This document shows positions 47,131 through 57,119 of a stretch of 64,000 nt of DNA, in pieces (positions within the stretch are counted from its first letter, which is position 1; each line of letters starts with the position of its first letter). A program made the position numbers and the translations under genes. The DNA is from Pedobacter sp. GTDB lineage: Bacteria > Desulfobacterota > Desulfuromonadia > Desulfuromonadales > Syntrophotaleaceae. The notes under the pieces were generated by a model. That model made no database searches and was not told the DNA's origin. It saw only the letters and a program-made list of their open reading frames with translations. The stretch covers positions 741,567 through 805,566 of the forward strand of contig JBFWJC010000002.1 of NCBI GenBank assembly GCA_050253415.1. Reading direction: 5' to 3'.

Positions 47131-47390
47131 GTGCGCCGTCCTTAACCCGCCTAAAAGGCAGGCCGCCGGTTTCTCGAAGGCGCTTTCTTCAACTTGATAT
47201 TGAACGAAAGGCCTTTTTAGGTAGTGTGCAGGAATTGTTGGATTAAATTCAGTAGACACCCTCTCCAAGAGAAGGGGCACATTCACTGTCCGTACAAAAA
47301 GATGCGAGCAATGATGCCTCAATAAAAAGAACCGGGTGTTTCACAAAAACATAGAAACACCTATCAAAATAACCGGCCCTGAAATCGTGA

Positions 47391-47855
47391 TCAGTCTTGT
47401 CCTGGGTGACGGAGCGAAACCGGATCCGGCGAGGCCGTTTGTGTTGAGGTGAGGTGAGAGCCCTGCTGATCTTGACTACCCAGACGCGCGAAAAGGGGTC
47501 GGTCTGCAGGCAGAATCTCATATCGGTCATGATCCTGCGGGTGTATCCAGCAATGGTCATCCACTTCCAGATGCAGAAATTCTCCCGCCAGCCAACGACA
47601 TTCATAAACCAGGACCAGCACCGCTCCCCAATCGTAACGATGATAGATCACGTCGAAAACAGCCTCGACCGCAACCTCGATACCCAACTCTTCGCGCAGT
47701 TCCCTTTGCAGGGCTTGCTGGGGGGATTCGTTGCCCTCGAGCTTTCCACCGGGTAGCTCCCACATGCCGCCATGGGGTTTGTCGGCGGGGCGCCGAGTGA
47801 TGAGTATGCGATTCTGGCGGCGCAAAAGGGCTGCGGTGACGATGAGTGGTTGCAT
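47391..47855 (-). CDS. Nudix hydrolase, MutT/NudG family
   Basis: WELPGGKLEGNESPQQALQRELREELG Nudix box; LPAD. Confidence 0.88.
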   Translation of the reverse strand: MQPLIVTAALLRRQNRILITRRPADKPHGGMWELPGGKLEGNESPQQALQRELREELGIEVAVEAVFDVIYHRYDWGAVLVLVYECRWLAGEFLHLEVDDHCWIHPQDHDRYEILPADRPLFARLGSQDQQGSHLTSTQTASPDPVSLRHPGQD

Positions 47856-48038
47856 GGGAATCTCTCTTATTCGCTTATTTCCTGTGAATTACAGTTGATC
47901 GACGCGCGGTTTGTTCGCGAATTCATGGAACGGCAGCTCGAATGTCAAGCCCGTACCTCGGGTTTTTACTGGCCAGTCCCGTCCGCCTGTGCTAAATAGA
48001 AACGCTTACCCACAGCCAACCCCAGCAGGAAACATTCC

Positions 48039-48752
48039 ATGGCCAAAGACTACAGACCGGGACAGGATACCCGACATCTTTTCGATCGTATCGCTCCCCG
48101 TTACGATTTGCTGAACCGCTTGCTGTCCTTCGGCATCGATCGTCGCTGGCGTCTGGCGGCGGTGCGGGAGCTTGCGCTGGACGGGCAAGGGCGCATTCTG
48201 GATGCGGCCACCGGCACCGGTGACGTGGCCCTGACCATTACGGCTCTTCATCCTCGGGCAAAGGTGGTCGGGGTTGATTTGTCCATGAATATGTTGCGGG
48301 CGGCGGTGCCCAAACTTGTTCCGGACGGTGGCCGGGTAACTTTTTTGCAGGCATCTTGCGAGAGCCTGCCGCTGGCCGCAGAAACGTGCGATGCTGCGGT
48401 TATTGCCTTTGGCATTCGCAACGTTCTGCAGCGGCAGGTCGCTCTGACGGAATTCTTGAGAGTACTGAAGCCTGGCGGTCGCTTGGTCGTGCTTGAGTTC
48501 TCTCAGCCGACAAGGCCCTTGCTGGCCGGTTTGTATCGCTGGTATAGCCGGCATATCCTGCCGCGCGTCGGCAGCCTTCTGTCCGATGGCGCCGCTTACC
48601 GTTACCTGCCCGATTCCGTCGAGGTATTTCCTTCGCGGCAAATTTTTCTGGAAATGATGGAGTCGGCCGGTTTTAGGCAGGTGTTCCATCGCGACCTTAC
48701 CGGCGGAATCGTTACCCTTTACTGTGGTTCCCGTCCTGCCTCGGCTCCCTGA
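48039..48752 (+). CDS. ubiE: Demethylmenaquinone methyltransferase (UbiE/MenG)
   Basis: FDRIAPRYDLLN, LDAATGTGD, AFGIRNV, RVLKPGG, AYRYLPDS. Confidence 0.9.
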   Translation: MAKDYRPGQDTRHLFDRIAPRYDLLNRLLSFGIDRRWRLAAVRELALDGQGRILDAATGTGDVALTITALHPRAKVVGVDLSMNMLRAAVPKLVPDGGRVTFLQASCESLPLAAETCDAAVIAFGIRNVLQRQVALTEFLRVLKPGGRLVVLEFSQPTRPLLAGLYRWYSRHILPRVGSLLSDGAAYRYLPDSVEVFPSRQIFLEMMESAGFRQVFHRDLTGGIVTLYCGSRPASAP

Positions 48753-51700
48753 TTCGGTGAGAGGGTCGCTGGTTGTCCTGCCCGATCTTCAAGTTTTTCC
48801 TCGCCCTGAAACAGCGTTCCCACATCGCTGACGACTTTCCCCGGCAGACCCAGCACCCGTTGGAATATGCCGAATACCTTTTTCGAAACCGAAGTGATGG
48901 GGATCGCCTCCACTTCCGGTGCTTCGCTCGGCCCCAGGATGCGGAAATGCGCAGTGATCAGAGACTTGTTTTCGCCCGTGAGAATCCATCCTGCCAAGGG
49001 TATTTTGGATACGATTTTATCAACGGTCCCGAAAGGTTTAACTCCCATCAGTAGGTCCAGTTGGTCCTGTTTCAGATCGAAGCTTCCCACCAACGACAGG
49101 TTCATCGCATTGCTTGCGACGGCCAGATCCTCCGTGGTCAACCGACCCTCGCCAAGTTCGATAGTCCCATCGAGGGAGGTAAAGGGCATGCCATGACTTG
49201 CCATATCTGGAAGGTGCAAGGTGAAAATCTGAGAGACGTTGAGCAGGGAAAAGACCTTGGATAAAAATGAAAATTTGCGCAGCACGCCATCTTTTATGTG
49301 GATGTTAACCTTACCGGTGCCCCTGGTAAGCAGCTCGGGGCCGGCCGGCCCCTGCAGTTGCACCTGCCCGTTCAATTTGCCGGTCACCAAGCCCTGATGT
49401 CGCAGCAATTCGTTATGAAGGTACGCTGCATCGATATCTTTCATTTGGCCGGAAATGACCAGCATGGATTGGTGGTCATCGCTGTTGTCGATCAGCACCT
49501 CTCCCTGGCAGGATCCCGACCCGGTGAGGAACGTCAAAGGGCTGATGGCCACCGTGTTCCTTTCCGCCACGACGATACCCTTGGCGTCGGAAAATGTTAG
49601 ATTTCCGTACTGCCCCTTATCAACGCTGGCCTGGATGACGACGCGGTGTTGGCTGTTTTCTTCTTCGGCCTCGACCTCGGCTGGAGCCTCTTCTTCCCAT
49701 AGCGCCAGAACTTCGTCGATGGAAGCTTTTTTTGCATGAATGTTCAATTCGGCAAGGACCGGATTGGATATCCCTTGGCTGCCATCAAGTTTGAACCCCA
49801 TGCCGGTTCCCAGATCGAAGAGGATGTTTTCGTAGCGGATTCGATTACGGGTGAACGCGAGCGTTCCGCCCAGGTTGCGAAACACCACCTTGCTGCCTGG
49901 AAAGATAATCTCCCCGGCAGCTACTTTGGGTGCCTTGAAGTGCACAGTGAAGGCTGGGTCCGCATACCCTCTCAATTCTCCATCCAGGATGAGGGCTGAC
50001 TGGCCCAGGCGGGCGTGCAGGTCGGTGAACTGGCACTGCTGATCGCTGATAGTAATGGTGCCGTTTATATCCCGCACCTCGGCTTCCAGGGGGGGGATAG
50101 CCACGGCGGCGGCATCAAGCCGAGCTTGGCCAGCAAACGACGGTTTTGCAAGGGAACCCGAAAGTTTTCCGTTAACAGCAAGTGTGCCTTCTGTACGGTA
50201 GGTGGCCAGGAGCGGCGCCAGTTGATTCGCTTTCTTAAGATCCGTTGGGGGAAGCTGCATGTGCAGGTCGAGGGGCAACTTATCCGCCAGACCGATTGTT
50301 CCGGAAACGCGCAGGTCGCAGGGGGCCAGACTGATGAGTCCCTCTTCAACGATAAAAACCTGATTCTTCTGGTATCCCGACAGACGGAGTTCGGCTGGGC
50401 TGCCGGCTGGCTTGGAAACAATGCCCGGCCAGTCAAGGACGCAACTGGCAAGGTTGGCGTGCAGATTGCCGCGCAACTGCCCAAGCGGGCCGGTCAGTGA
50501 AACCGAGACCGGGATGATGCCGTGGGCTTTGCCGCGCCATGCCCGGGGGGCGGCCAGATCTTTCCACAATTGGGTTGCGGGGGCGTCCCATTCGGCACTG
50601 AAAGAAAAAGCCTGATCTTCCTTCAGAAGCTGCGTGGCGGTGCCGGAAAAACGCACCGGACTTTTCATGAGCTCAGCCGTACCTTCGTTCAAGTGCAAAT
50701 CGCCATCCCTGAGCGTCAGGGCGGTATTTAAGTGCTCAAGGGGAGCAGTGGAAGGCAAGGGTAGCCGTGCATCGCTCAGGGTGATGCGGGCATCGGTTAT
50801 CGGCAGCAGGGTCTCGGCTTGTCCGAGGTGCTGTAGCGGGCCGGCAATGCGCAGATGGTGGATTTGCACAGTGCCCTGTTCCAGGATGGTATGCAAAAGG
50901 TTCCCTTTTGATAACCTGATCTGGTCGGGCACAAATTCGCGAAGATCCGCCAAATTCAAAGGAGGGCTGCTCAGAGTTCCTTCCAGCCACGGTTGATCCT
51001 GACTGACCTGCAGCGATAGGTGCCCCTGCAGGTGTAGATTGTCAAGCTGCAGACTAAGCTCACTGAGCGTGCTCAGACTTTCCGAGTCGGTCCAGACCCC
51101 GGCGATCGTGAAGGTGTTTAATGAAGGAGAATTCTGATAGCGACTCGGCCAGATAAGAGCAAGACTCTGGCCGGCCAGATTGGCGTTAAAGTGCAGGCCG
51201 TCGACGACGCTACCTTCCGTGGTGAGAGTGAGTGTCGTCTTGCCGCTCAGCTTTGGGCTGCCGGACGGGGGAGGAAGCCATGTGAATATCTGTTCGGTAG
51301 CGATATTCTGGAGTTGCACCTGTAGCTTGCCCCTGGCCTGTCGCCAGTTGTTTATGTCTGAATCCTGGGCTACGCGCCCCGTGACACTCAGGGTGGCGAC
51401 TTCCTGGTTTTGCAGCAGTTCGGCAGTGAGTTGCAGTTTGCCGGGGCGTCCGGTCAACAAGTTGCGTATTTTCAGCTCGATGGCACGGATCCGCAACTGT
51501 GCAGAAGGGCCGCTTGTCCGGCGGTCATCAAGATCCAGTTGGCCATCGATGACTGCCAGGTTGCGCACCTGCACGGTTTGCAGTAAGGCCTTCAGCAGAG
51601 AGATTGGCAGCTCGGTGGTGCTGTCGGACGGCATCAGGCACAGTTTGTAACGCGGGCGGTCGAGGATCATGTCGTCGAAAACGACTTTGCCCCGCAGCAA

Positions 51701-52012
51701 GGGCAGCAGGCGTGGTTGCAGGAAAAGGTGCTCGATTTTGCCCATTGGTTCCGTGGCGGGATCCCCGATGCGAAGGTCCGAAATATCGAATGCCGGGCCC
51801 CGTCGCCAGGACATGGACGCCGAGCCTATGCTCACAGGTTGCGCAAGGGCTGAACTTAACCGGCTTGCCAGCGATTCCCTGTAACTGTTCAGGTCGAAAG
51901 TTGCCAAAAAGGTGCATGCTGCGGCCACGCAGATAGCGGCCAACAAAACGATGGCAGTCAGTATCGGGTGCCGGCGGAATATGGAGATCCTGGCGGGGGA
52001 TGATTTGGCCAT
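48719..52012 (-). CDS. AsmA-like/YhdP family intermembrane lipid-transfer protein
   Basis: N-terminal anchor plus FDLNSYRE, long beta-rich body, AsmA_2-type end (KIPLAGWIL); 34-nt convergent overlap with ubiE. Confidence 0.8.
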   Translation of the reverse strand: MAKSSPARISIFRRHPILTAIVLLAAICVAAACTFLATFDLNSYRESLASRLSSALAQPVSIGSASMSWRRGPAFDISDLRIGDPATEPMGKIEHLFLQPRLLPLLRGKVVFDDMILDRPRYKLCLMPSDSTTELPISLLKALLQTVQVRNLAVIDGQLDLDDRRTSGPSAQLRIRAIELKIRNLLTGRPGKLQLTAELLQNQEVATLSVTGRVAQDSDINNWRQARGKLQVQLQNIATEQIFTWLPPPSGSPKLSGKTTLTLTTEGSVVDGLHFNANLAGQSLALIWPSRYQNSPSLNTFTIAGVWTDSESLSTLSELSLQLDNLHLQGHLSLQVSQDQPWLEGTLSSPPLNLADLREFVPDQIRLSKGNLLHTILEQGTVQIHHLRIAGPLQHLGQAETLLPITDARITLSDARLPLPSTAPLEHLNTALTLRDGDLHLNEGTAELMKSPVRFSGTATQLLKEDQAFSFSAEWDAPATQLWKDLAAPRAWRGKAHGIIPVSVSLTGPLGQLRGNLHANLASCVLDWPGIVSKPAGSPAELRLSGYQKNQVFIVEEGLISLAPCDLRVSGTIGLADKLPLDLHMQLPPTDLKKANQLAPLLATYRTEGTLAVNGKLSGSLAKPSFAGQARLDAAAVAIPPLEAEVRDINGTITISDQQCQFTDLHARLGQSALILDGELRGYADPAFTVHFKAPKVAAGEIIFPGSKVVFRNLGGTLAFTRNRIRYENILFDLGTGMGFKLDGSQGISNPVLAELNIHAKKASIDEVLALWEEEAPAEVEAEEENSQHRVVIQASVDKGQYGNLTFSDAKGIVVAERNTVAISPLTFLTGSGSCQGEVLIDNSDDHQSMLVISGQMKDIDAAYLHNELLRHQGLVTGKLNGQVQLQGPAGPELLTRGTGKVNIHIKDGVLRKFSFLSKVFSLLNVSQIFTLHLPDMASHGMPFTSLDGTIELGEGRLTTEDLAVASNAMNLSLVGSFDLKQDQLDLLMGVKPFGTVDKIVSKIPLAGWILTGENKSLITAHFRILGPSEAPEVEAIPITSVSKKVFGIFQRVLGLPGKVVSDVGTLFQGEEKLEDRAGQPATLSPNQGAEAGREPQ

Positions 52013-52066
52013 AGCTTAAGCGTCCGAAGGGAATGGTGTGAGCATTGGCTGCAATCTGCCAGGTCC

Positions 52067-52942
52067 TCAGGTCGGGAATGGAAAGTCGATATGCATGGTA
52101 CGCAGAATGGTACGCAAATCACCGGGCAGAGGGCTTGATACACAGAACCGGGGAGCTTCTTCCCCCGTTGGCCAGGACAATTGCCAGCAATGCAGAAACA
52201 GCCGATCCAATCCGGCCAGTGTCGGGCCGCCATAGCGGCTGTCTCCATATACCGGCCAGCCTGCATCGGAGCACTGTTGACGGATCTGATGTTTGCGACC
52301 GCTCAAGAGTTCTATTTCGAGTAGAGCCGCGTTGTCGCAACGCCCTCGCACCCAGAAACGGGTTGCCGCCTCTTTGATCTTGTCCTGTACCTGAACCTCG
52401 GTGGTCAGGGTTCCCGATTCGGGCGGTACGCCATGGACCAGTGCCAGATAGGATTTTTTTATCTGACCTTCTTGTAGTAGCCGTCCCAGTTCGGCTGTAA
52501 ACTTGCGCCCCTTGCCGAACAGTACCGGCCCGGATGTGCCGATATCCAGGCGATGAGCAGGGGCCACCTTATAGAGGACCTTGCGGTGACTGATCAGGGC
52601 GCGAACACGGTCGGTGAGATTGTCTTCCGTGTGGTTAACGCTGCTGTGAATGGCGAGGCCCGCAGGTTTGAAGACCACCAGAAAGGCCTCCGTTTCGAGC
52701 AGAATAGTCACTTTTGGCAGAGGACTGTCACAAAGTTCCTGTAATCTTCCGCTGTTGGGGAGTTGTAACGTTTCATGGCCATGCAGGTGGGATTCTTCAT
52801 CCAAGGCGATACCGTTGCTGCAAACTTTGCCGCGACGCAGCAATTGTCGCAGATAAGACTGGGGTGCCGCCGGTATGTGCTGTTGGAGAATGTCCAGGAC
52901 TGCGTGCCCGGCATCTTGTTCAGTAAGTTCGATAGTAATCAT
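52067..52942 (-). CDS. RluA/RluC family RNA pseudouridine synthase
   Basis: KPAGL, HRLDIGTSG (catalytic Asp), GRKHQIR, GDSRYG, LFLHC. Confidence 0.9.
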   Translation of the reverse strand: MITIELTEQDAGHAVLDILQQHIPAAPQSYLRQLLRRGKVCSNGIALDEESHLHGHETLQLPNSGRLQELCDSPLPKVTILLETEAFLVVFKPAGLAIHSSVNHTEDNLTDRVRALISHRKVLYKVAPAHRLDIGTSGPVLFGKGRKFTAELGRLLQEGQIKKSYLALVHGVPPESGTLTTEVQVQDKIKEAATRFWVRGRCDNAALLEIELLSGRKHQIRQQCSDAGWPVYGDSRYGGPTLAGLDRLFLHCWQLSWPTGEEAPRFCVSSPLPGDLRTILRTMHIDFPFPT

Positions 52943-53171
52943 AGAAGCACATCATAGCTGTAGTTTTGTTTTCAAACAAGAGGCCTTGATTTGAGTATTT
53001 AGTGAACCCGGGAAAAGTGCCTTTGGATTCAGCCTCTCGAACCTTCCGCTGCTGGCTGCAGCCCCTGGTGAAAATGTTTAGCCCGTAAACTGCTTTACAT
53101 GGTATTTTGGGCTTGTTAACATGCTGGGTCATTTAAATACTATGGCCAGAAAGGACTTTCCCCGCGTACCC

Positions 53172-56100
53172 ATGCAGATCAAACGGATAGAAATCGTCGG
53201 GTTTAAATCGTTTGTCGATCGCGTCACCCTTGATTTTGGTGCGGGGATAGCGGCCGTAGTCGGTCCCAACGGCTGTGGCAAGAGCAATGTCGTCGATGCC
53301 ATTCGTTGGGCCATGGGAGAACAAAGCCCCAAGAATTTGCGTGGCCGGGCCATGGAAGACGTCATATTCGGTGGCAGCGAGAGTCGCAAGCCGGTTGGGA
53401 TGGCCGAGGTGTCGCTGGTTTTTTCCAACGAAAAAGGCCAGGGGCCGGTTGCGGTGCGTGACTATGCCGAATTTATGGTGACGCGCCGACTTTATCGCAA
53501 TGGCGACAGCGAATACCTGTTGAATAAAACCCCCTGTCGCTTGCTCGACATTTCCGAGCTTTTCATGGATACCGGTATCGGTGCCCGGGCTTATTCCATT
53601 ATCGAGCAGGGCAAGGTAGGCCAGTTACTCAATGCCAAGCCGGAAGACCGGCGCTATCTCATAGAAGAGGCGGCCGGAGTCAGCAAATTCAAGGCGCGCA
53701 AAAAAACGGCCCTGCGCAAGATTGAGGCTACCCGCCAGAATCTGGTACGTTTGCGGGATATCATTGGCGAGGTGCGCCGTCAGCTGGGGACCCTTAAACG
53801 CCAGGCCCGCAAGGCTGAACAATACCGCAGTTATCGCGAAGAACAAAAACAGATTGAACTCGGGTTTGCCCGTCGTCGCTATGCCGAACTGGTGGAGGAC
53901 CGTGATCAGCGCGGCCGCGACGAGACGCAGGCTCAATTGCAGGTTGTTGCGCTGGAAGGACGCTTTGGGCAGCTTGAACTCGAGCTGGCGGAACTGCGAC
54001 TGGTCCAGGTGAGCTCCGAAAAAGAACTCGGGCAGTGTCAGGAGGGTTTTTTTAACCTGAGCGGAGAATTGCAGCGGGTTGAGGGGAGTCTCGAGTTCAG
54101 CGCTCAGGCCTTGCAGAATATTGCCCGCCAGCAACAGCAGTACAGCGAGGAAAGGCAGGATCTTCAGAGACGCCTGGAGGAGATTCGGCAGGAGGCATCC
54201 GCTCTGGCGGCTGCCGGCGTTTCCCTGGCGGATGAGCTTCAGGAGCAATCCGCCATCCTGGAGCGTGAAACAACAGCCCTTGAGGAACAACAGGCGCAGG
54301 AACGCCAATGTGTGACCGATCTGGAAGATGCGCGCCGACGGTTGTTCGAGCGTATGACGGAGTTATCCAAAAGCCGTAACGCTCTGGAGGATGCGCGCCG
54401 CCGCTTGCAGGGGATTGATGATCGCAGTGCACAGCAGCGCCGCGAAACAGTACAGTTGCAGGAAAAACGCATCTCTACCGAGTCTATGGTTGCCTGCGGC
54501 GAGCAGGGCCTCGAATCTTTCGATGTCCAACGCAAGGAGCTGGAACAGGCTCTGGAGGAAAGTCGCGAGCAGTCGCTGGTCATGCGGCGGCAAATCGAGG
54601 AGAACGAACGCCAGTTGCTCGATGGCCAGGGGCGACTGGGAGAGTGCCGTTCCCGATTACAATCCCTGGAGCAGATGGAACGCAATCTGGAAGGCTACGG
54701 GGCAGGGGTCAAGCTGCTGTGGCAGGACACACCGTTGCGAAATCGCATGGCCGGCATGGTGGCGGACTTGCTGGAGGTTCCGGCAGTTCATGAACTGGCC
54801 GTTGAGGCGGTACTTGGAGACCGCTTGCAGGCATTGGTGACGCGACAACCGCAGGATGCACTGGAGGCCTTGCAGATTCTCCGGGACGGTGGCGGTCGAG
54901 CCACCCTGGTGTTGCCTTCCGCGGACGCCGTTCCCCCTGTGACGTTCGCTGCCGGGCAGCCGTTGGTAGAGCTGGTTTCACCTCGTCCGGATGCCGCTCA
55001 TCAGTTGATGTCCTTATTGCAAGGTGTTTTCCTGGTTGAGGATCTTGGTCCTTTTCTTGCCAATCCTCTGCCGGCCGGAGTGACGCTGGTGACATCCGCC
55101 GGTGATTGCCTGACCCATAGGGGCACTTTGTGTGGCGGCGCCCGTGAAGGTCTGGGACACAGTTTCCTGTCGCAAAAACGCGAGGTCAAAGAGCTTCAAG
55201 CCCGGCAGAAGGTTCTGGATGCCGATCTTTCGCGCTTGCGTCAGCAGCGGGTAGATCAAAAAGCCGCCCTTGCTGCGGCTGAAGAGCTGCAAAATACCCT
55301 GCGGGAAGAGCTCCATGTTCTGGAATTAAAGCGCACCGCGGCGGAAAAGGATCTGGCACGTGCCCGGCAGGAGCTTATGCGCGTCGACGAGCGTTTGGAA
55401 GTCGTGGCATTCGAAAATGATCAGCTCGAAGAGGAAAGCGGCGCCTTGCAGCGGCAGCAGATTGAAGCCGAAACGGTCTGCAGCCGGCTTGAAAACGAAC
55501 GGCTGGAGCAGGAGGCTCTCGTCGCTCGCGGTGAAGAAGAATTGCGGGTGAGACGACGGGGACAAGAGACTCTCCGCGATTCAGTGACTTCCCTCAAGGT
55601 GACTCTGGCCGAATTGCGAGAACGTCAGGAGGGGGGGCGTCGTCAGATTCGGCAGCTTACCTCTGCCGCGCAGGATCTGGAACGGCAACTGCTGCAACGT
55701 GAGCAGAGTCAGCAGGAAGCCGAAGCCGAGACGACGCACTTGCAGGGCGAGCAACAGCGGTTGCGCGTCGAAATGGAAGTGTTGCATGGCCGGCGAGAGG
55801 AACAGCAGGTTCGCCTGAATCGATTGAAAGATGTATTCGAAGAACAACTGCAGCAGATCGAAACCCGCGAAGAAGCCATACGGACGGTGCGCGGACAGTT
55901 GTCGCAGGCTCGCGAACTATTATCCGGGCTGCAGATACGTGTCCGTGAAATCGACATGGAAACGGAACATCTGCGTCACGATGTCGAGTTTCGTTACCGG
56001 GTTGATCTGGCACAGGATGATGTCAGCGAAAGGGACGAGGCTTTTGATCCGGATGCGGCGGAGGCCCGGCTCGAAGAGCTGCGTCGGTGCATTGATACTA

Positions 56101-56699
56101 TCGGAGAGGTGAATCTGACCGCCATAGATCAATACCGTGAGCTTGAGCAGCGATGGGAGTTTCTCTGCCAGCAGGACCAGGATCTGCAGACTTCGCTGGA
56201 AGGGTTGCAAACTGCCATCGCCAAGATCAACAGAACGACACGCAAGCGGTTTCGGGAGACCTTCGATCAGGTCAATGCCATGTTCAAGGAAATTTTCCCG
56301 AGACTTTTTTTGGGGGGGCGTGCAGAGTTGACTCTGACGGATGAGCAGGATCTGCTTGAAACAGGCATTGAAATCGTCGTACAACCTCCCGGCAAGCGTT
56401 TGCAGAATGTTGGTTTGTTATCCGGCGGCGAAAAAGCTCTCACCGCCATTGCTCTGATTTTCGCTATTTTTCTTATAAAGCCATCACCTTTTTGTGTACT
56501 GGATGAGGTCGATGCGCCGTTGGATGAAGCCAATATTCAGCGTTTTAATGAAATGGTACGCGAGATGTCGTCCAAGTCGCAGTTTATTGTTATTACCCAT
56601 AGCAAACGCACCATGGAAATGGCCGATATTCTTTTCGGTGTTACCATGGAAGATCCGGGAATTTCTAAGCTGGTATCCGTCCAGCTGAATGACTATTGA
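53172..56699 (+). CDS. smc: Chromosome partition protein SMC
   Basis: GFKSF, GPNGCGKSN, coiled coils and hinge, LSGGEK, LDEVDAPLD. Confidence 0.96.
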   Translation: MQIKRIEIVGFKSFVDRVTLDFGAGIAAVVGPNGCGKSNVVDAIRWAMGEQSPKNLRGRAMEDVIFGGSESRKPVGMAEVSLVFSNEKGQGPVAVRDYAEFMVTRRLYRNGDSEYLLNKTPCRLLDISELFMDTGIGARAYSIIEQGKVGQLLNAKPEDRRYLIEEAAGVSKFKARKKTALRKIEATRQNLVRLRDIIGEVRRQLGTLKRQARKAEQYRSYREEQKQIELGFARRRYAELVEDRDQRGRDETQAQLQVVALEGRFGQLELELAELRLVQVSSEKELGQCQEGFFNLSGELQRVEGSLEFSAQALQNIARQQQQYSEERQDLQRRLEEIRQEASALAAAGVSLADELQEQSAILERETTALEEQQAQERQCVTDLEDARRRLFERMTELSKSRNALEDARRRLQGIDDRSAQQRRETVQLQEKRISTESMVACGEQGLESFDVQRKELEQALEESREQSLVMRRQIEENERQLLDGQGRLGECRSRLQSLEQMERNLEGYGAGVKLLWQDTPLRNRMAGMVADLLEVPAVHELAVEAVLGDRLQALVTRQPQDALEALQILRDGGGRATLVLPSADAVPPVTFAAGQPLVELVSPRPDAAHQLMSLLQGVFLVEDLGPFLANPLPAGVTLVTSAGDCLTHRGTLCGGAREGLGHSFLSQKREVKELQARQKVLDADLSRLRQQRVDQKAALAAAEELQNTLREELHVLELKRTAAEKDLARARQELMRVDERLEVVAFENDQLEEESGALQRQQIEAETVCSRLENERLEQEALVARGEEELRVRRRGQETLRDSVTSLKVTLAELRERQEGGRRQIRQLTSAAQDLERQLLQREQSQQEAEAETTHLQGEQQRLRVEMEVLHGRREEQQVRLNRLKDVFEEQLQQIETREEAIRTVRGQLSQARELLSGLQIRVREIDMETEHLRHDVEFRYRVDLAQDDVSERDEAFDPDAAEARLEELRRCIDTIGEVNLTAIDQYRELEQRWEFLCQQDQDLQTSLEGLQTAIAKINRTTRKRFRETFDQVNAMFKEIFPRLFLGGRAELTLTDEQDLLETGIEIVVQPPGKRLQNVGLLSGGEKALTAIALIFAIFLIKPSPFCVLDEVDAPLDEANIQRFNEMVREMSSKSQFIVITHSKRTMEMADILFGVTMEDPGISKLVSVQLNDY

Positions 56700-56708
56700 G
56701 AGGTCGCG

Positions 56709-57068
56709 ATGCCTTTTAAATCTGTTCTTATGGAGTTAGTGAATAGTGTTCCCGGCGCCACCGGCGCCATTATCGCCGATTGGGAAGGCGAATCTGTTGA
56801 TCAGGTCGGGAACATGGATGATTATGATTTACGATTGGTCGGTGCGCATAAAGGGATCATTCTCGGGAACATGCGCGCCATGCTTGGCCGGATCGGCAAC
56901 GATGATTTGCAAGAGGTCATTATCTCGACCCGTGATACCCAGACACTGGTGGTACCTATCACCACCGATTATTTCCTGGTACTGACCGGGTGCCGCAGTC
57001 AGTTATTGGGGCTAGCCCGTTTTGCCGCCCGTCGTTGTGTCGACCTGCTTAAAAAGGAAATCGCCTGA
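56709..57068 (+). CDS. Roadblock/LC7 (MglB-like) domain protein
   Basis: 119 aa, VPGATGAIIADWEGE...YFLVL...LGLARF pattern. Confidence 0.75.
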   Translation: MPFKSVLMELVNSVPGATGAIIADWEGESVDQVGNMDDYDLRLVGAHKGIILGNMRAMLGRIGNDDLQEVIISTRDTQTLVVPITTDYFLVLTGCRSQLLGLARFAARRCVDLLKKEIA

Positions 57069-57119
57069 TCGACTTCGCTCGAGCGGGTTTTTCACTGGAT
57101 ATTCAAGGAGTAGAAAAAG

